NCBI GenBank assembly: GCA_045126815.1 | Contig: JBGVPD010000075.1 | Location: 1-63,786 of the forward strand | Length of the DNA: 63,786 bases | DNA from: Eubacteriales bacterium | GTDB taxonomy: Bacteria; Bacillota; Clostridia; Oscillospirales; CAG-272 | Reading direction: 5' to 3' | Part shown: positions 29,118-37,954 of the stretch, piece by piece | Position numbering within the stretch: the stretch's first letter is position 1 | Layout of the letters: each line of letters starts with the position of its first letter | Notes under the pieces: model-generated | The model's database searches: none | What the model was told of the DNA's origin: nothing | The model's input: the letters and a program-made list of their open reading frames with translations, nothing else | Translations under genes and position numbers: made by a program

Positions 29118-31904
29118 ATGAACGAAAGATGGTACGACAAAACTGTCGCTCAAATTGAAGAAATATTAAATACAAATTCAAATACCGGTCTTTCGTCGAC
29201 TGTTATTAAAACCAGATTAAAGACCGATGAACCTAACGTAGTTTATCCTATAAAGCACCACTCGCTTGAAGCTTGTTTTAAGAAAATCATCTCTGAACCT
29301 GCTACTGCCTTGCTGTTTATAATTGCAATTATAGCAGCTTGGCTTAATCAGAGCATGATTGCGCTTGTAATCGTATCCTTGTTGGCGTTTAATATGATAG
29401 TCTCCGTTATAATGTACAACAAGGCATACCGCATTATTGAAGATATGAGTAAGCTCTCATTACCTACCAGCAAGGTTATGAGAAATGGCAAAATGTATCT
29501 TGTAAAAAGCGAACAACTGCTTCAAGGTGATGTTATATATCTGTCTGTTGGCGATATCGTTCCTGCTGACGCTAGAATAATCGAATGTGACAGTTTACAG
29601 GTTCTTGAAGTTAACGTAACAGGTGAAATAAAACCTACCGAAAAAGACCAATATTTCCTCAGATACACCCATGACGTTCCTCCGGCACAACAAGCTAATA
29701 TGCTTTTTGCATCATCTATTGTGATAAAAGGAACTGCAAAAGCGATATGTTGCTGTATGGGCGAAGATACTCTTGTAACCAAATTGAGAAAGAATAAGTA
29801 TTTGGCAAACTACGACGATTTAAAAGCTCTTTCAACTGTAAAAAAATACAGCAAATGGTGGTATTTAGCTTCAATCGCTTTAGTATTTCTTATTGTAGTC
29901 CTTGAGATAGCATTCTCCTCATCAACCAGAGCTTTTGTTGATATCTTTATTACGGCTTTGTCGTTTGCTGCAGCAACAGTAAGTGAGTTTTTAATACTTT
30001 CATCCTACGTTATTGTAGGTAACGGTTTGTTTTCTGCAGTAAAACAGAACAAAAATATAAACTCGGGCGCTCTGATAAAAAACATATCAAAAATTGAGAA
30101 TTTAAAAGACATTTCTTGTCTCATAGTACACAAAGAGGGCGCTTTTTCGGTTCGTGATGCAAAGGTTGAAAAAGTGTATGTAAATAACACCTTGTATACG
30201 GATGGGGAAGTGCACTTCACTGAAAACGCCTCGAGAGTACTCAGATTTGCACTTATTTCTACCGGTCTATACGGCGCAGGGAAACTTATAAAAAACAATT
30301 TAAACAATGAAAATATTTATACCGCCGAAGAAGATGCAATTATATCTATTGCTCAAAAATCGAAGGTGTATAATATCAAGTTAGACCAATCATATCCGAT
30401 CCTTGAACACGTTGGCATAGGCGAGACAAGCAGATTTGAAACGACGTTAGTTAATTCAAAACACGGGTATACAGTCGCTTGCAGAGGTAATTTAGATAAA
30501 ATATTATCTTGTTGTTCTTCGTATTGTGAAAACGGCAAGAACTATCCTCTTGATGCTGATAAAAAGACCGAAATATATTCAGAAGCTATTAATTTATGCA
30601 GAAAATCTTATAGAATTATTGCTATCGCTTCAAAACAGACACATTATAACACTTTAAAAAGGATCATTTCTTGCCAATCTGAAATGACATTTGAAGGTTT
30701 TATTGCTATCCGTGAGCGTATGCTGCCGGGAGCTGCCAAGAATATATCTGACTGTCTGGCTGCAGGTATTAAAATAATTATGCTTACAGAGGACGTAGGT
30801 GAACATAACAAATCCCTTGCCGAATCTTTGGGGATAATTAAGGATAAATCAGAGATCATAACCGGAAACAGTCTTTCTTATATGAGAGATGATATGTTCC
30901 ACACAAACACGTCTATTTATAGGCTTTATCAAGGTCTCAACATTTTTCAAAAGCGTAAACTTGTTGAATATCTACATGATGAAGGTGAAATTGTTGGTGT
31001 TTTGGCTCGCGAACTTGATGAGATAATACTCCTAAAAGAAGCTGACGTCGGCTTTGTTCAAAGCACTATTTTATCGGGTAAATTAGACAGGAGAGGATTA
31101 GATATTACATTGGCAAAACACACGAACTCTCCCATGCTGATCAAAAACTCTAAGGATAGCAAGAAGACGGGCACAGAAGCTCTGAAATTCATTTCCGATG
31201 TAATTATATCCGATGCAGATAAACGCGGAAATGGTGGTTTTAATGCTATGTTAAATGCAGTAAAATCATCAAAAATTATATATAAAAATATAGTCAGATT
31301 CATAAAATATATCCTTACAACCAATGTTGCGCGCTTATTTTTGATCTTATTTACAATTTTTACCAAATCGGATTTGTTTACACCTGTTCAAATTTTGTTC
31401 ACAGGTTTAGTGATCGATTATATAGCTATGGTCATTATAGCGTTTGAAAATGCAAGTAATAAAGAAACGTTAAAAAAAGAGAACAACGAAGATTTGTCTA
31501 CAATACAGGCAAAATTACCTCTATGTATTGTCTGGGGGCTTGTGTGTGGATTAACGTTGGCATCTACGCCGTATTTACTTAATCTAATGGGCTTTACGTC
31601 AACGCACATTAAAAGCACGGTAATTTTCCTAGGATTTATTTTTACACAAATTGCTGTATTAAATGAAGTTATAAAAGATGATAGTATGTTTAAACCTTTG
31701 GTAAGATACAACCGAGCACATCTTATATTAATAATTTTATTAGTCGGATTTTTACCGATAATAAATTTTGTACCAACGGTTGCTAAATTATTTGGCACAA
31801 CACAGATTGGAGTTATTCCGTATATAGTATCTTTAATACCTTCGATAATAATAATTATAGTATTTGAGATCCATAAATGGTTTACCAACTCAAGCAAGGA
31901 TTAG
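29118..31904 (+). CDS. P-type ATPase homolog with degenerate catalytic motifs (probable pseudo-ATPase)
   Basis: 928 aa, collinear with the ATPase at 3067-5709. Motif changes: DKTGT to HKEGA (30129-30143), TGES to TGEI, PEGL to SEFL, TGD to TED, GDGVNDAP to ARELDEII. The ORF is intact with an RBS 16 nt after the clpE-like stop. Confidence 0.85.
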   Translation: MNERWYDKTVAQIEEILNTNSNTGLSSTVIKTRLKTDEPNVVYPIKHHSLEACFKKIISEPATALLFIIAIIAAWLNQSMIALVIVSLLAFNMIVSVIMYNKAYRIIEDMSKLSLPTSKVMRNGKMYLVKSEQLLQGDVIYLSVGDIVPADARIIECDSLQVLEVNVTGEIKPTEKDQYFLRYTHDVPPAQQANMLFASSIVIKGTAKAICCCMGEDTLVTKLRKNKYLANYDDLKALSTVKKYSKWWYLASIALVFLIVVLEIAFSSSTRAFVDIFITALSFAAATVSEFLILSSYVIVGNGLFSAVKQNKNINSGALIKNISKIENLKDISCLIVHKEGAFSVRDAKVEKVYVNNTLYTDGEVHFTENASRVLRFALISTGLYGAGKLIKNNLNNENIYTAEEDAIISIAQKSKVYNIKLDQSYPILEHVGIGETSRFETTLVNSKHGYTVACRGNLDKILSCCSSYCENGKNYPLDADKKTEIYSEAINLCRKSYRIIAIASKQTHYNTLKRIISCQSEMTFEGFIAIRERMLPGAAKNISDCLAAGIKIIMLTEDVGEHNKSLAESLGIIKDKSEIITGNSLSYMRDDMFHTNTSIYRLYQGLNIFQKRKLVEYLHDEGEIVGVLARELDEIILLKEADVGFVQSTILSGKLDRRGLDITLAKHTNSPMLIKNSKDSKKTGTEALKFISDVIISDADKRGNGGFNAMLNAVKSSKIIYKNIVRFIKYILTTNVARLFLILFTIFTKSDLFTPVQILFTGLVIDYIAMVIIAFENASNKETLKKENNEDLSTIQAKLPLCIVWGLVCGLTLASTPYLLNLMGFTSTHIKSTVIFLGFIFTQIAVLNEVIKDDSMFKPLVRYNRAHLILIILLVGFLPIINFVPTVAKLFGTTQIGVIPYIVSLIPSIIIIIVFEIHKWFTNSSKD

Positions 31905-31926
31905 TTTTAAAGCTAACCCTTGCTTG
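31891..31926 (+). other. Hairpin overlapping the stop codon of the pseudo-ATPase gene (no U-tract)
   Basis: CAAGCAAGGATTAG / CTAACCCTTGCTTG, 14-bp stem with one mismatch. Confidence 0.5.
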
Positions 31927-32054
31927 TTAGATTGGTTCCCTTTATTATATAAAATTTTTATTTTGTATAATCATACATATTAGATAATAGAATTATTGTT
32001 GGATATATTTTATATCTGCCCTTTTATTTTATCTCTAAAAAATTATAAAAAGTA

Positions 32055-32083
32055 TTGTATTTTATAAATAGATATGATATAAT
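32055..32083 (+). promoter_or_regulatory. Promoter of tRNA-Val
   Basis: TTGTAT, 17-nt spacer, TATAAT with extended TG (TGATATAAT). Confidence 0.55.
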
Positions 32084-32094
32084 AGCAAACGTTC

Positions 32095-32171
32095 GGGGGC
32101 ATAGCTCAGCTGGTTAGAGTGTATGCTTGACATGCATAAGGTCATTGGTTCGATTCCAATTGTCCCCACCA
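32095..32171 (+). tRNA. tRNA-Val (anticodon GAC), CCA encoded
   Basis: Full cloverleaf: acceptor GGGGGCA/TGTCCCC, D-arm GCTC..GAGT, anticodon stem TATGC/GCATA with loop TTGACAT, T-arm ATTGG-TTCGATT-CCAAT, then ACCA. Confidence 0.95.
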
Positions 32172-32179
32172 ATAAAAAA

Positions 32180-32205
32180 ACAGGCTTTATCAGCCTGTTT
32201 TTTTA
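32180..32205. terminator. Bidirectional terminator (tRNA-Val and the DUF1015 gene)
   Basis: ACAGGCT / AGCCTGT stem flanked by A7 and T7. Confidence 0.85.
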
Positions 32206-33423
32206 TTTTATTTTTCTGCATTCAAGATAATACCTTTTATCTCTCGCTTCACCCATTGAAAAAGTTTTTCTCGGAAGCGCTCCCGTGTTTTTTACTGTTT
32301 CGAATAAAGTATCTTTTGTTATTCCGTCGTACAAGAAACCGATCGTATTTTTTTCTTTAGATAATTTCTTTACATCGCTTATACCGTGGATATAATCCAC
32401 TTTGCATTTAGGGTTATTTGAGATATAATCGTCAATAAATTCCTGAATAATACCGGTAGATATCTTATCAGACGGTATATTTATACCAACACTTCCCTCT
32501 ATGTCTCCATAGACATATTTTATAGTTGAGTTTGGTAATTCTTTATTAAAGAAACCGTGCATTTTTTCTATTACGTCAGTTGGATCAACATTAAACAACA
32601 CTCTATATATAGGCTCAAAATCAAGTGCTTCTGAGTGTATATTGCCAACTTCTGCCAATGCGTATCTTGCAGGATGTTCTAAAACTTTGTCGATATTCTG
32701 TTTTTTTAGCTGTTCATAACACTCTTTAGCGGTTGCCAACGAATGATTACCGTCACCTACTGCAAATAGTAACGGGTTATTTTCTGCATTGTATAATTCA
32801 GCGAGACCGTTAATAATATTTTCTTGCTCTTCTTTGTTTAATAGATAACCGGTAATATGTCCGCCACCCATAATTAAATCAAAGTCGTACAATTTTGTCA
32901 TATTATCTTTTTTGTTTTTTAGAGGCTCAATAATCTTTTTGTTTACGTCATCAATAAGCAACATTATGTGAGGAAGTTCCAAAGGAGCGTTTTTTCTGAT
33001 CTTTACTCTTGGAGGAATTCTTTCAAGAACAGTTCCCTCCGTCGCTCTGATAGGTGTGTCAGCACACTTGCTGTAATCATAAGCTTCAAGATCAACAGCT
33101 CCTATAATTCCCTGCCTTAAACGACCGTCGGCTTGAATTCTTTCTATATAAATGATTGCATCTTCATAAGAATTAAATACCGAGTCTTCTAGATAACGTT
33201 TCATTTCGCTATTTATAATATCAATTCGATTTGAAACATCATCATCTTCAAGATATATTTCAGGGAGAGTTATTTTTAACGTAGAAAAATTATCTCCTAC
33301 AATTTTTTTGGTTTCTTCCCAGTATTCTTTATCGCTTGTAAATTGGTCGCATGCAATTACAGCCCATTTCTCGAAGTTATTCTTTGGTAAAAGAATGTTG
33401 GTAGATTTAAATGGGATCGACAT
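32203..33423 (-). CDS. DUF1015-family protein (function unknown)
   Basis: 406 aa. The pattern GRLRQGIIGAVDLEAYDY...RATEGTVLERI...LELPHIMLLIDD and GDGNHSLATAK resembles the DUF1015 HExT / (A)DGHHR signature. Confidence 0.65.
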   Translation of the reverse strand: MSIPFKSTNILLPKNNFEKWAVIACDQFTSDKEYWEETKKIVGDNFSTLKITLPEIYLEDDDVSNRIDIINSEMKRYLEDSVFNSYEDAIIYIERIQADGRLRQGIIGAVDLEAYDYSKCADTPIRATEGTVLERIPPRVKIRKNAPLELPHIMLLIDDVNKKIIEPLKNKKDNMTKLYDFDLIMGGGHITGYLLNKEEQENIINGLAELYNAENNPLLFAVGDGNHSLATAKECYEQLKKQNIDKVLEHPARYALAEVGNIHSEALDFEPIYRVLFNVDPTDVIEKMHGFFNKELPNSTIKYVYGDIEGSVGINIPSDKISTGIIQEFIDDYISNNPKCKVDYIHGISDVKKLSKEKNTIGFLYDGITKDTLFETVKNTGALPRKTFSMGEARDKRYYLECRKIK

Positions 33424-33426
33424 TTT

Positions 33427-35340
33427 TTATTTTTCCTCCGTATCCTTGGTTATATAGCGTTTAGCTTGTGTTGTAAATAATGAATGATAGTGACCATGCA
33501 TATCCATTAAGTCGTTATGTGTTCCGCATTCAACAACTTCCCCTTCGGATAAAACAATGATCTTTGTAGCTGTTGTTGCACTTGACAATCTATGCGAAAC
33601 AAAAAGTGTCAGTTTATCTTTTCTCAATTCATCAAACTGGCTGAATATTTCCTGCTCTGCAATAGCATCAAGAGAAGCTGTCGGTTCGTCGAGAATAAGT
33701 ATATCCGAGTCTGAGTAAAAAGCTCGAGCGATTGAAAGTTTCTGCCATTGTCCAATTGAAAGTTCTCTTCCGTTTTCCTCAAAGTATCTCATAAGCGGAG
33801 TGTCAAATTTGTTGGGCAAGTTTTCAATAAACCCTATCGAATTACTTTCAATTGCTGCGCGTCTTATGTTTTTTTCATCAATTTGTTTATCTATTTGACC
33901 AAATGCTATATTTTCTTTGACCGATACTGCATATTTCCCAAAATCTTGAAAAATAATTCCAAAAAGGTCGTATAATGCTTCAACTTTATACTCCCTTATG
34001 TCATGTCCGTCAAGGTATATAACACCTTCTGTCGGATCATATAATCTGGTAAAAAGTTTGAGTAACGTTGTCTTTCCGGCCCCGTTTAAACCCACGAGAA
34101 CAGCTGTGTCTCCGGCATTTAAAGTTAAATTAATGTTTTTTAATACATATTTATCTGTTTGTGGATATTTAAAAGATACATTTTTGAATTCAAGGGTATG
34201 CCCTGTATGTTTTTTGGGGATCAAAGGTTCTGATACAATAGGGGTTATAGTCTTTTTCTCTTTCATAAAGAAAATCATATTCTCAATAAAGAGAGTTCCC
34301 TCGAATATCATCGCTGTTGATGCAATAATGGAATGTACACCATTCGATATCGAACTGAGAGCGCCTGTATACATCGAATAGTCTCCGATCTGAAGCCTTC
34401 CTTGTGTTACCATATATGCAACATATAAAAACAGCGAACAGTTTATAACCGTAGTTAAAACTGATATTGAAATATTCCAAATATTCTCTTTAATAATAAG
34501 TCGTTTTAATCCTGTAAAATATTTATCAAAAACTTGTTTGAAGCGATCAATAAATGTATCGGATAAACCGAACAATCTAACTTCTTTTGCCAGATCCTTG
34601 TTTGTTATAACACCTGAATAATAATCCATCTGTCTTCTGTCTTTAGATCTGTAACGGATATATTCGACGTTTTTACGTCTGAATATAAAGTTGACTATAG
34701 CTGTCGGAACTCCAAGCATAGCTATCAGAAACGGTACCCAAAGCCCTATCTTAGAAAGAATAATCACGAAACCTGTAATTGTGATGAGATTACTTATGGT
34801 GTTAAAAGTCGAATTTAGTATGTTTATTGGGCGTATTCCAGCTTCTCTGTTCGCATTTTCAAGCTTTTCATAAAACTCGGGAATATCATATTTACCTATA
34901 TCGATTTCTTTTGCTTTATTTAAAATTTTAACTTTAATGTGATTAGTAACAAGTTCGCCTGAAATTCTTGTTGTTAGTATATCCAAATAATTTACGATTT
35001 TGCTTATAAACAAATAAACGAACTGCAAAACAAGCCAAAAGATTATCAATTCAAAACCAACTTCTCCAAGATAAGCTTTGGCTAAATTATTTAAAAGGTT
35101 TGCCGAAATATATGCACTTACTATCGGAAGAACACCTGTTAATATACAAATCGCGAGCAGAGCGAAAAATATCCACTTTTTTGTCTCCCAAACAAGTTTA
35201 AAAATATAAAAAAGTCTGCCAAAAAAACCGCCTATCAATTCTTTTAGATACGCGGGTACTTGCTTTATGTTATTTGGTTTTTGGGGTTTAAGGTTGTTGT
35301 TATTGTGCCTAAGCGGCGGAGGCATTACTCCGGGTCCCAT
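33427..35340 (-). CDS. ABC exporter, fused permease/ATPase (type I exporter half-transporter)
   Basis: Six-TM domain plus NBD with GLNGAGKTT, LSIGQWQK, ILILDEPTASLD. ATG 35340 follows GGGGAGGG; the track start at 35382 lies inside the rpmF terminator. Confidence 0.9.
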   Translation of the reverse strand: MGPGVMPPPLRHNNNNLKPQKPNNIKQVPAYLKELIGGFFGRLFYIFKLVWETKKWIFFALLAICILTGVLPIVSAYISANLLNNLAKAYLGEVGFELIIFWLVLQFVYLFISKIVNYLDILTTRISGELVTNHIKVKILNKAKEIDIGKYDIPEFYEKLENANREAGIRPINILNSTFNTISNLITITGFVIILSKIGLWVPFLIAMLGVPTAIVNFIFRRKNVEYIRYRSKDRRQMDYYSGVITNKDLAKEVRLFGLSDTFIDRFKQVFDKYFTGLKRLIIKENIWNISISVLTTVINCSLFLYVAYMVTQGRLQIGDYSMYTGALSSISNGVHSIIASTAMIFEGTLFIENMIFFMKEKKTITPIVSEPLIPKKHTGHTLEFKNVSFKYPQTDKYVLKNINLTLNAGDTAVLVGLNGAGKTTLLKLFTRLYDPTEGVIYLDGHDIREYKVEALYDLFGIIFQDFGKYAVSVKENIAFGQIDKQIDEKNIRRAAIESNSIGFIENLPNKFDTPLMRYFEENGRELSIGQWQKLSIARAFYSDSDILILDEPTASLDAIAEQEIFSQFDELRKDKLTLFVSHRLSSATTATKIIVLSEGEVVECGTHNDLMDMHGHYHSLFTTQAKRYITKDTEEK

Positions 35341-35361
35341 AAGCTTCCCTCCCCTTTTTTT

Positions 35362-35414
35362 AAAATCAAAATATGCCGACACTGAAAATCGCTTATACGA
35401 TATCGTGTCGGCAT
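35362..35414 (-). terminator. Terminator after rpmF
   Basis: Minus strand: ATGCCGACAC...GTGTCGGCAT followed by ATTTTGATTTT. Confidence 0.7.
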
Positions 35415-35442
35415 AACTGCAATCCGGCGTGATAAATAGTTA

Positions 35443-35625
35443 TTAGTCTTCTACTTCAATAACCTGTTTGCCATCATATGTTCCGCATGCAGGGCATACT
35501 CTGTGTGTAAGAACATACTCACCGCATTTAGGACACTTTGCCATTTCGGGAGCTTCGAGCTTCCAAGTGCTTGAGCGTCTCTTATCGCGTCTTGCTTTTG
35601 ATACTTTTCTCTTTGGTACTGCCAT
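35443..35625 (-). CDS. rpmF: 50S ribosomal protein L32
   Basis: [18 protein letters not shown] and a CxxC...CxxC zinc ribbon; 60 aa. Confidence 0.97.
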   Translation of the reverse strand: MAVPKRKVSKARRDKRRSSTWKLEAPEMAKCPKCGEYVLTHRVCPACGTYDGKQVIEVED

Positions 35626-35679
35626 GGATTTTGCACCTCCTCATTGACTGTTCATCTATGATGAAATATGTGTATATTT

Positions 35680-36189
35680 TTAATCTTTTTTATTTTCAAG
35701 AAGTTTTCTCAACACGTCAAACCTAGGATCCGGTTCGTGTGTATCGCAGTTACATTCATTCAAATTAAGATCAGTTCCGCATTTAGGACAAAGCCCTTTG
35801 CAATCTTCTTTACACAGATGTCTCAACGGTAATTCAAGCATGATTTGTTCAATAAGCGTTTCGTCAACATCTATATATCCGTCTTTTGAATAAATATAAT
35901 CATCATTGTCTTCGTTTTGAACTTCCATATCTTCAGAAACAACTGTTTTGGTAAACACAATCTCTTTTGTTTTGGAAATAGGAGTCAAACATCTCGCGCA
36001 AGATGTTTCATAAAAAACATCTGCTATGAGATTTAAGGTAATGTACCCTGCCATATCCTTTACGTTGCCTTTTACCGAAAAACCTTTAGGAAAAACAACG
36101 TCGGATAACTCTTCATTTATCGTGAGCAAATACTCAATATCGATCTCTGTTTTTTCGCCTTTGAGAATAGGGTTTATATCAATTATCAT
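35680..36189 (-). CDS. yceD: YceD/DUF177 family protein
   Basis: Conserved position upstream of rpmF; C-terminal CKEDCKGLCPKCGTDLN motif. ATG 36189 follows GGAGGA. Confidence 0.9.
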   Translation of the reverse strand: MIIDINPILKGEKTEIDIEYLLTINEELSDVVFPKGFSVKGNVKDMAGYITLNLIADVFYETSCARCLTPISKTKEIVFTKTVVSEDMEVQNEDNDDYIYSKDGYIDVDETLIEQIMLELPLRHLCKEDCKGLCPKCGTDLNLNECNCDTHEPDPRFDVLRKLLENKKD

Positions 36190-36360
36190 AAACTTATCCT
36201 CCTGCAAACATAACAACCATTATTATATACAAAAATAATTCTTTTGTCAATACAAATTGCACAAAATATTGTAAATTTATATATAATATTTCCTGTTTTA
36301 CGAATTAAAGGTAATGATTTTCTCTATATATTATTGTACAACAAAATCAGGAGGAAATCA

Positions 36361-37866
36361 ATGCTTAGATTAAAAAAATTTATTGCAAACGGCCTTGTTT
36401 TAACATTGACTTCGTTGTTACTGCGTTGGATAAGTGTTCTTTTTAATACATACATTTCAAATAATTTAGGCAGCGAAGGTATGGGGGTATACACGCTTGT
36501 GCAAAACGTATTTAGTTTTGCTGTTACTTTTGCTTGTTCCGGAATAAACTTAGGCGCAACACGCATCATATCCGAAAATATCGCAAACAACGATTACATC
36601 GGAATAAAAAAATCTTTAAAAGTATGTGTATTTTATTCCCTATTCTTCTCTTTTACTGCGCTTATTGCAACCTATTCTCTTTCCGAATATCTAGGAAATG
36701 TAATTTTAGGTGATGTGCGTACTGTAAAATCAATAAAAGTTCTTGCGCTTTCGCTGCCTTTTATTTCGCTGTCATCTGTGTTTAACGGGTATTTTTCGGC
36801 TGTCAGAAAAGTCTATAAAAGTGCCGGCGGTATGATCTTTGAAAAATGTATTCAAATTGGAATAACCGTAAAAATAATGTCTCTGTTTTCAATCAAAGGA
36901 ATAGAATTTGCTTGTGTTGCCGTTGCAATCGGTACCTTGTTATCTGAAACACTCTCTCTTCTTTATAACGTTGCAACTTATATTTTTGATTTTAGGAAAC
37001 TTCCGTTATCAAAAGAACAAATCAACGGTAATTCAGGAAAAAAACTATTAAAAATATCACTCCCCTTGGCAATTAGTGCGTATGCCAGGTCAGGATTAGT
37101 AACCTTGGAACATTTGCTTATTCCTATAGGACTCAGGAGAAACGGTAAATCCTATACAGCATCAATGTCGCTGTACGGATTGGTTCAAGGAATGGTATTT
37201 CCGATAATTATGTTTCCATCGTGTATTATATACTCATTTTCCGGATTACTTGTTCCTGAACTTGCTGAGTATAATGAACTTGGAAATAAAAAACAAATAA
37301 ACAAGACTGTTTCTACCGTATTGAAGTATACTCTGATATTCTCTTTGGGTGTATCAGGAATTCTCATGTGCTATTCGTATGAATTAAGTATGGTCTTCTA
37401 TAGATCTGCTGAAGCCTTTGAATATATAAAACTGTTCTCTCCTTTGGTTGTTGTAATGTATCTGGATGGAGCTGTAGATGCTATCTTAAAAGGATTAAAC
37501 GAACAGCTTCACTCTATGAAAATAAATATTGCAGATGCGCTTTTGAGTGTGTTTTTTGTATATACACTCGTACCGCTTTGGGGGATCAAAGGATATATCA
37601 CGGCAATATTTATATGTGAGATATTCAACTGTTCAATGTCTCTTATCAGATTAGTTAAAATATGTACTCCTCAATTTTCTCTACTAGAAATCTTATTTAA
37701 ACCTCTTTGTTATATAATCGTGTCAACAATCGCAAACGTCTTTGTTTTTGATTTGCTTAATATAACTAGGTTTGCACAGCCAACAAATCTTGCGATCAGA
37801 ATTACATTTACAGCCATTTTATACATGTATTTATGCAAAAAGCCTTCTAAAAAACAAGAGAGTTGA
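36361..37866 (+). CDS. spoVB: Stage V sporulation protein B-like MOP-family flippase
   Basis: About 14 TM segments. The N-terminus LTLTSLLLRWISVLFNTYISNNLGSEGMGVY is typical of SpoVB/MurJ-like proteins. ATG 36361 follows AGGAGG. Confidence 0.75.
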   Translation: MLRLKKFIANGLVLTLTSLLLRWISVLFNTYISNNLGSEGMGVYTLVQNVFSFAVTFACSGINLGATRIISENIANNDYIGIKKSLKVCVFYSLFFSFTALIATYSLSEYLGNVILGDVRTVKSIKVLALSLPFISLSSVFNGYFSAVRKVYKSAGGMIFEKCIQIGITVKIMSLFSIKGIEFACVAVAIGTLLSETLSLLYNVATYIFDFRKLPLSKEQINGNSGKKLLKISLPLAISAYARSGLVTLEHLLIPIGLRRNGKSYTASMSLYGLVQGMVFPIIMFPSCIIYSFSGLLVPELAEYNELGNKKQINKTVSTVLKYTLIFSLGVSGILMCYSYELSMVFYRSAEAFEYIKLFSPLVVVMYLDGAVDAILKGLNEQLHSMKINIADALLSVFFVYTLVPLWGIKGYITAIFICEIFNCSMSLIRLVKICTPQFSLLEILFKPLCYIIVSTIANVFVFDLLNITRFAQPTNLAIRITFTAILYMYLCKKPSKKQES

Positions 37867-37889
37867 CGGGAGAATCTCACCAACTCTCT
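37857..37889 (+). repeat. Palindromic-arm intergenic repeat, copy 2 of 3 (AGAGAGTTG-N15-CAACTCTCT)
   Basis: AGAGAGTTGacgggagaatctcacCAACTCTCT. It contains the spoVB-like TGA stop and is followed by GTTGTATTTTT. Confidence 0.65.
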
Positions 37890-37910
37890 GTTGTATTTTT
37901 CAAAAAAACA

Positions 37911-37936
37911 AGTGGTGCAGTTTAAACTGCACCACT
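37911..37936. terminator. Bidirectional terminator between the spoVB-like and P-loop genes
   Basis: AGTGGTGCAG-TTTAAA-CTGCACCACT flanked by A-run and T-run. Confidence 0.8.
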
Positions 37937-37954
37937 TTTTCTGATTTTTTAAAA

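Noticed and set aside
31418-31897. 159-aa ORF antisense to the 3' part of the pseudo-ATPase gene
   Set aside because: It is a shadow of a hydrophobic TM-coding region and has no start context.
32095-35340. Genomic island integrated at tRNA-Val
   Set aside because: There is no integrase adjacent and no direct repeat of the tRNA 3' end in the window. The flanking genes (ABC/DUF1015, rpmF) have normal promoters and terminators.
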